Shown: positions 55,468-64,000 of the stretch, piece after piece
Layout: the number at the start of each line of letters is the position of its first letter
How positions within the stretch are numbered: the first letter of the stretch is position 1
Assembly (NCBI RefSeq): GCF_036321535.1
Contig: NC_087447.1
Span: 36,644,001 to 36,708,000, forward strand
Direction of reading: 5' to 3'
Length of the DNA stretch: 64,000 nucleotides
From: Camelus dromedarius
Taxonomy: Eukaryota
Made by a program: the position numbers and the translations under genes
The notes under the pieces: model-generated
Told to the model about the DNA's origin: nothing
Seen by the model: the letters and a program-made list of their open reading frames with translations, nothing else
Database searches by the model: none

Positions 55468-58401
55468 CTTTAGGAAAATATCATCTCAAATCTCTCCACA
55501 GCTATGCGGCAATGACAAGTATCAATACTCAGTGGATACTGTCACTGGGCATCTTGCTTCAACTGGTAGTTCATAGTTTGTTTTTAGGGAATTACAGAAT
55601 AAGTTGAGCTTTTTTTCACCTTAAGAACGCTTACTTAAAAATTACTTATTCCTCAGAACAAAAACTAGAGATGCTTTGTCATGTTTCTTTTTCTAATTTG
55701 ACATTATTGTCTTTTATTTAACAGTTATCTCTTCATTGTAAGTGTTTGGATTTATGTGCTTCTTTATTCAGATGAATCGACTATAGATAGGCCTCCTTCC
55801 ATTCATGAAAAGCCAATATGTCTTAAGTTTTAGAAAGTTAAAAAATGAGGACCAGAAATGGTAAATTTTGCCCCTTTCCATTGCTCCTAAAAATAGTATA
55901 AGATGACTTATATGACTTAAGTCATTTATGATTTCATCTACTGCCCTATGTTGCTGCCTTGGTGACATGTTGAAAGTACTTCTTGTTGCTTTCTCGGAGA
56001 AATCATGACTTTTTAGCTTATTGGTGGTGTTGGGCCACCTTACCCAGATTATAGAGCTGAGGACAGTGTGGGTCATTGATGTGGGAACTCATTGTTATTG
56101 TCTGAGTGGGGGATAGCAGTGACCACATTCCATGAGTAAAAATAAGGAATGTAGTCTATCTAACAAGTAAGTGACATTGGTAAATAAGATTGTTTGAAAT
56201 TAGTCCTGAGAGAAAAAAATGGTATTGTGTGGAGCCTAAATGCTCTAAGGACAACTGTTACTCAGGCTAGAGAGATACTTCTAGCATCTTTCCAATTCAA
56301 TTTGGGAATGATGGGAACATTCTCTTTATTTTGATCAATGGTAAGTTACTTGTAGGTAACCACTTTTACGTAATTGTTATCTTGAATTGGTCTTCAATCT
56401 CTTAGGTTGAGTCAGAGTTTGTTTTTGATTTGTAGGCAATGATATGAGACTAATTTGCATCTGAAATGAAAGTGATCATAGCATAATTGATCAAATGGTG
56501 ATTTTGATTCAAAAAAGTCTGGGTCACATTTCTGATAGGAACACTATTAGGAGTTCAAAATGGTTTTGGCAAATATAACTCGGTTTTTGTTTGCACAAAG
56601 TGGAAAATGAACTGGCTATTCCAAGGAGCCATGTACTAACTATGACTGGCATCTAAAAGAAGAGGCTCCTATACATCACTTTACATTAAATGAAATACAA
56701 CATATTTCCTGGGGAAAGAAAAGATCTAGGAACAAGGTTAAGAGGAACTCTCTTTCCTGCCTGGCCCATTTATCTTATCCTGTTCAGTTTATTTCAACAC
56801 AAATGTAATATGCATCTGCCCAGTGCTTGGCACTGTACAAACAATGGGAAAGTGGAAGAAGTTAATATTTGGCTCACAGTATTTTAAAACAGCTTTATTG
56901 AGATATAAAATACCCAGACCACACAATTTGCTTATTTAATGTGTATAATTCAATGGTTTACAGTATATTCACAGACTTCACAATACTCAATTTAGTTCAA
57001 GACTAGTATATTTTTTCCTAAACAATTCCTTAAGTCCAGAAGGGAAAAAACCTCTTTGGCTCCATTCCTAGATCTGTTCCTTCTATCAGAATAATGGTCC
57101 CTACCATTTACCAAGGCACCACTGGCAATGAGCTCAGCACTGCGCCTAGTTGTTCACATACGTTATGTCATTATATGCTACCCAATAACCATGAAAATAA
57201 GTTTTATTCCCACCCTATATACAATAACAATAATTCCTTAATACCTAGCATTTATTTGACACAATTATTATCTCATTTAATGTATATGGAAATGTAGTTC
57301 TCTAGACACCATTTTCCTTTCTTCCCCCTCTCCTACCAGTGATTAACTCTGTAACTTTTGCCTCATGCTTCTCTCTTTGGTTCTTGATGCTTGCTGGGCA
57401 TTTTTTTTTTTTTTTAAGAAAGAGAGATATATAGGCACAATTAACATTTTCAAGCTTCTGATTAGAATTACAAAGGCTAGATGCTTTATTTCACACAATA
57501 AAAAATTTTCTTTATTGGGAAAGAGAATACGCATGCATAAATTGATAAGGGGAATGCAAGACTGCTGATGGACTATGGTCACATAATGGTTGCTTTAAAC
57601 TCTCAGCTCTGCTTTAGAGAGATATAAAAGCCTTTTCTTTTTATAAACTCTTAGGTGTTTATTATTTGCAAGCTATTATTTTCTCATTGCAAATGGATCT
57701 AAGCCTCTAACCAATTAGCTAACTTCTCTGTACTATGAAATAATTCTTGGACAAGTGTTTCTGTAACAAACTTGTCCTCTTGTTAAAAACAAAGTAAAAA
57801 CAAACCATTTTTATAATGCCATGTAAAAAAAATGTGTGTGACTATGTGCTGAAGTATCAGTGGTAAGGGTAAGGAATAAAAAGAGATTTCTGTAACTTTG
57901 ATAGACATATATCTAGAAAAAAATGACATGCCTCAAACCCAGTACCCAAAAAAATTCAAGTCGGCTAACTTTCTCGTGCTGATTTAGGTATTTTATATCC
58001 TCTCTGGTGAATAGTTAACATTGGATTTTGAAGCTAATTTCTCTACTAGTTCTAAATTTAGAGATTTTTTTTGGTGATGTACATATTTTTGGGGATGTGG
58101 GAAGAACATTGCTAATACAAGTGCTAATTAAAAGAAAAACTTTTCCAATCCTAATAACTAATAATTAAATCTGGACTATTTTAAATGAAGGATATAAATG
58201 AGTAAGAAGTTAAAGTGTTCTTTTAAAAATTTAGTTGTTGCTCCGCTTAGGCTGCTTTCTAATTAAAAAAAAAAAACAGTTGGAATCTGCAATTCCAGGT
58301 TAATTCCTTTATTACCTCTATAGTGTTTAGTATTTCTTTTAAAGCAGAGATAGTTAATATATTTTATTTGTCTGTCTCAGCCTCAGCCTCTGTCATTCTG
58401 A

Positions 58402-58731
<330 letters not shown>

Positions 58732-61700
58732 TAAAAAAAAAAATGAGTGGGGTTTCAAGGGCCAGAGAAGTGCATAATTGGCACTAGTAAGAAAAAAGTT
58801 ATTCAGAGGTTACCATGGTGATGGCAGATTGTGATCCATTAGAAGTGTTAAGCAGATAGCTCCATTTTTCTAAAACTTTGTGCATTTTACTTTGTTCTTA
58901 ATAATAACAAACCAAGGTTTTAAACTGACTATAAGCCTTGCTTTGCAGAAAGGTAGTATGGGAATTTTCCCAGCTACTTTAGTTTTCATTTTTTCTCCCC
59001 TATTTCTTTTTGATGAATAGTGTTTTATTATGAAAATATCAACTGTTTAAAGAGGAAAAAACCCTAATTTATTTCTCCTTATTTTTATAAATATTATAAA
59101 TTTATAAATATTATTATTTTACCTTCAAATGTTGTGGAATTGAGAGTTCAGAGTTTCTAATATTGTTAAACCTAAATGTTCAAGGGGGACGTTCTTTGAC
59201 ATATGACACCTACTGAAACATTCCACATCCACCTTTTCTGCTCTCTCTACAAGAGTCCACTTAAGTGCACCTAGGTCCTAAAAAGCAGATGAAAGAAGAC
59301 TCTCTAATTTATGTTTAAACTAAATAAATCAAGTCTAAGTGATTGCTATACTATGTATTTTCTTTCATTTTTTTATATACAGGTTTTAGGCTTTAAAAAT
59401 GTAGGGTACTTAATGGCTCAGGATTATTACTAACATTGTAAGTTAAATTTAGACCTCCGTGGCATTGTAGGGAACTGGGGATATGATATAAGGGAATTTT
59501 TTATGTAACTTAATTTTATTCCTTTGAGGACTCAAAAGTTAAAAAATTTCAAATTAATTTTTGCGATGTGTCCACTAGATCAGCAACTTTTGTGGAAGTT
59601 TCTAAAATGTATTACATGCTTCCCTGTCTTACTAACCAGATTATATGGCACAAAATGTAAATTTGTTTTGATGACTCAGGGTAATAATGCAGTAGACTAT
59701 GAACTCCAATACCTAGCTAACAGTCATGTGACCCTGGGTAAGTTCTTCAATCTCCCTGAGCCACATATTGAAATTTGGTATGGTACCAATGCCTGACTTC
59801 TTACCTCAAACATTTTGAGAATTAACTATAATAATTAATATAAAGTACCTTATGAACTGTAAATTATATAAATTTGAGGTATTATGATGATTATTATATT
59901 TTAAATGTAATTACTTTCCCATGGTATAATGTAATTATTCCCAAGAGATCATTGAATTAATTAGGACAGTTTGGTTTTATGGTCATTTCTCTGCAATTAT
60001 GAAATTTTGGAGTTCTTGTATCAGCTTGATATAGATATCTTTTTTGGTGTGTGTGTGTGTGTGCGCGTGCATGCGTTGGTTTCTTTTCCATTAATATCAG
60101 GTTACTTCTTGCTCAGTTGTGAATAATTTCTAATTTGCTTCTACTATTCATCTACCAATTATGAAATTAGATGGTCATAACATTCTGGACTATATTTAGA
60201 ATATGCACAAATATATCTGGGTGAGCTGCTGAGAGATTCTGGGTAATAGAAATGATCTTTAGTGTATGGACTTCATGCTGACTCTTCTAGCTGCTCAGAG
60301 ATTTTATATTTCTCATTCTTGGCTATGTTCTGGAATAACTGAGGCTGCCAGATTAATAAACTGAATAAATGAGATTGGTAGATTACTTTTGTGATTCACC
60401 AAAAAGATGGTTTTAGTTCTTTAAGAAAGTGGTTTTCAAAGTACTTTAGAAGGCTCTATTGTGTAAAAATTAAAAAACTGATTTGTGATTATTTTTTTGG
60501 GGGTGAGGGTCTGGACTGCTAGGGAATTTGAAATCATTCTTCTCTTACAAGTAATAATAATTAGTTTTTTAGTCTTCCTCTTCATTACTGAGTGTTATAG
60601 ATTTGATACAAGAGAGACACTTGCAGGATGAGACCTCTCATTTAAGAATCTTTTATCATATTTTTACTGTGGAAGAATATTTTTATGTACTTCACAGAAC
60701 TTTGTTTTCTACAGTACATATATTTTAGGCATCAGAAATTCAGGCATTTTTAGTGTATATTAATATATATAATATTTTAAGGATAAGTATGAAATGATAA
60801 AAAGCATGCTCACCAACTTTACAGAATTCAAAAATCTGGGAGGAACACTGAATATAATGTACAAAAGAAACAAAGCTAAAGTTTTGAAAAACTGAAAATA
60901 TAAATTTAAAACTAATCTATCAAGATAAAATTTAATAGATTTTATTGTCAAGTCCAGAGGCTGTGACCAAAATTCCTATCTGCACAACTAATTACTGAAG
61001 GAAATTTAAATAGCAGACACATGAATTAAAAAATATGAGTTTTAGGTGACAGAAAGTGCAGTGGGGTTAGCATGGTGAATATTGCCAAAAAAATTGTCCG
61101 TGCTATCTCACTCAGCATTACTGGAATTACAGTATGTAGCATTCAAGAAGTGGTAGTATCATTGAACTCCCTGCTCAATAGAATGCATCTGAAGTATTGT
61201 GTTGAGTTGAGAATTACTATACTTTAAGATGGACTCAAAAGCATTGGGATATTCTCAGAGGAGGACAATTGACATGATAACAGAAACAGAAATGTATAAT
61301 AAGAGGAGTGACTGAAGGAACTAGTAATTAGCCCTAGAGAAAAGAAGATCAAGGATGACATGATGGTTGTCTTTAAAAATTAGTCATATAGAGGAGGGAT
61401 TGGGTTTTTCTGTCTAGCTCCATGAAGATAAAATACGGATCAGTGACAAGAAGGTACAAGGAACCAGATTATCATTTATAACAAGACTAATGGTCTAACA
61501 GTGTAGCTATGTACAGAATAATCTTTGGAAGATAATTAATTGTCTTTGGAAGTACAGAGCAATCTTAATTGACATTTTAAAGCTATTGTAGAGGACAGAA
61601 GATTGCTCTTTTTCCAATGCCAAGACTATGATTTTTTATAAACAATATGCTTACATAATATTCTATAGTTCACGGTTTATTTTTTTAAACCCTATTCAAG

Positions 61701-61764
61701 ACTACATAGTATAATGATTATTTTTCTAAAAAGAAGTTTTTCTCCTTATTTTGTTATATTAGAA

Positions 61765-62272
61765 CTGAGGTATTCTTACTAGCTTACTTTTTTTTTTTTT
61801 TTTTTTTTTGGCCATTGATTCCTTTGGTGGCTTGGTGAAGCCTACGGGTCCATTCTTATTTTAGATGCATAAAGTAAAATCCATGGAATTATAGAGAAAA
61901 TGAATTATATTAAAATATTAAGTAATTTTAAAGTTTTGTGACATGGGAGAAAGTACTACTTCACTAATGCATTAAACATAATATCTAGTGGAGAAACTAA
62001 AAACATAATTTTGAAGTAGTGATAAACATAAAAGATATTTTGGGGTATCTTCAACAAGTACAATGTGAAATAAAAATATATTTTGATTCTGTGGATTACA
62101 ATGTCATACATAGTATGAATTCATGGTTTGTTGTCTGCATCTATAATTTAAAGAAACACAAAATTTCAGTTAAAAGTTGGTGAAAAAGGATTTTTTTCCA
62201 TATGAGTTCACATACTTCCTGAATTCTGTAGATAGACTCTTGGGATTTGTGGACCCTAGGTTAAGAACTTAT
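61765..62272. mobile_element. hAT-Charlie DNA transposon remnant (Charlie4a-like) with an internal poly(T)
   Basis: Right end gtggaccctaggttaagaac resembles a Charlie TIR; the left end is degraded. Confidence 0.55.
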
Positions 62273-62279
62273 ATACTAT

Positions 62280-63060
62280 AGGATATGGCACACCTATAGT
62301 GAATAAAACAATAGTCTTTAACTTTAAAGAGTTCATATTCTAGAAAGATATATGAAACATATACAAAATGAACTCTAATTCAACGTCCAATATATGATAA
62401 ACTCCATGAGAGCTATATAGGTAAAATGTTATAGGAATTTACAAGACAGATTATACCTGCCTAGGAAGCCATGGAAATTTTCAGTAGGAAAATGGATCTT
62501 AACTGGTCTTAGAGGATGAAAGGATTTATATAGGTAGAAATGGAAGGGAGGGACATTACAGTCAAAAGGAATGGGCAGAGAGCTTTAAAACAGCCAGGAG
62601 TTCAGGTTCTAATTTAAAGTAAGTGAAGATGGATATGGGATATAAGACTGAAAAGGTAGGTTCTGTTCAGATCACGGAGGCCCTTAAATTCTTTGCTAAG
62701 GAGTTTGAACTCTACATTGAAAGTTATGGAGGAACCATTGACTACTTTTTAGCACAGTAACATGATGGATTAGAGCTTTTCTCCAGGAAAGTTAAGCTGG
62801 CAGCACTGTGTCAGATCTATGGCAGTGCGGAGAGACATTAAGGAAATTGTTTCAGGCTAGAGATAATGAGGGCCTGAACTAAGGAAGCAGAAACAAGAAA
62901 GGAAGAAGGGGTGCATATGGAAAAGACATTAGGATATAGAATTGTTGGGACTTGACATTTAAAGTGAGGAGATCAAGAGAGAGGAATGGTTTAAAGATAA
63001 CTCAGTGAAAAGGATGATGGTACTACAGTTAATGGAAATAAAAGAAGTAGAGCAACATGT
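62280..63060 (-). mobile_element. L2 LINE fragment
   Basis: cagatcacggaggcccttaaattctttgctaaggagtttgaactcta; caggctagagataatgagggcctgaactaagg. Confidence 0.78.
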
Positions 63061-64000
63061 TTTGGAGAATGGAAGCAATGAGGATCTCTATTTTTTATTT
63101 TGAATTTGATTCTTAATTTTAATTATCCACTTAGAGCAATAGAACAGAACAGTATAATGGGAGAATAGAAATAATTAGAGAAAAGATCATTAATAAGCTT
63201 CTGATAGATATTCTGATTCTATAATAATTATATTCTAGGTCTTAAGAGGTATAATAGCTCACCAAAATTTGACTGGCTTTGACCTTTTAAAGCCTCGTCT
63301 CCTCATTTGGGAAATTCCTTATCCCATGGGACGTATAAGAACTTTCAAATGCATTAATCACGTCTCCCTCACTTCTGCTTTCTGGTTTGAAGGCTATACT
63401 TCATGAGTGACAAGCCTGTGTGATTGACATAATAAATGACCTTTTCTGAGTCATTCTTGTCCTGGAGAATGTTTTGACTCTATCAGACTGAGTATACCCT
63501 CCTCCTCACTTCCTCTCATATTCAGGAATTGATCTATAAAAAGTTTATCTATTATGGTCTATTTTTAAACAATATATACATGATAAAACAAAAACTCCAC
63601 ATAGAATAGTGAAGTTTTTCCCTTACAGGTTGATTCTTTCATTAACGAAGTAACTGTCCAGTATTTTATCTGCCATTCTCTCAAGAGGTGTCATTTCCAA
63701 AGCAGTGATTTGACTGGATTGCTGAAACACTGATGAACAAAGGTGTTCTGTCTGAAGTGCCTCTTCTGAAAGTGAGATTTGTGGGAAAATAGGGAAGGCT
63801 TCTGTTTTGCTATAAATTAAACCCTGATTTTTCTGCCATAGACAGATAGATAAGTTGGTAGGTAGGTAGACAGATGCATGGAAAAATGGATGGATGGATA
63901 GAATGAAAGAATATCAGAATCTACCTTTTAAAACACTGTTGGCATTGGTGGGTATAGTATGCAGAAAGACTTTGATTAATAGATTCAGGTTAAAGTGCTT

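Overview
This is AT-rich, CpG-poor mammalian genomic DNA covering the 5' part of SOX6 (SoxD HMG-box transcription factor) on the + strand. The first coding exon is 37457-37697 (ATG at 37461, 79 codons) and the next is 58474-58681 (208 nt). A likely upstream exon ends at a strong donor at 22301. The coiled-coil and HMG-box exons lie downstream, outside the window. The rest is intron filled with old eutherian repeats (MIR, L2, L3/CR1, L1M, MaLR/ERVL solo LTRs, hAT MITEs), a few younger L1 3' fragments and microsatellites. One L1 3' end resembles camelid L1, and I recognised no Alu, B1/B2, Bov-A or PRE-1 SINEs, so the source is possibly a camelid (inference). I found no evidence for a new multi-gene system. 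The best leads are: (i) an upstream exon whose ATG splices in frame to give a 27-aa N-terminally extended SOX6, with a nested uORF, a competing donor and paired SOX motifs just upstream; (ii) a twin-primed (5'-inverted) L1 ending about 35 nt before the acceptor of the start-codon exon, in the branch-point zone; (iii) several L1/LTR insertions with readable target-site duplications. Repeat family names and boundaries were assigned by eye and are approximate.
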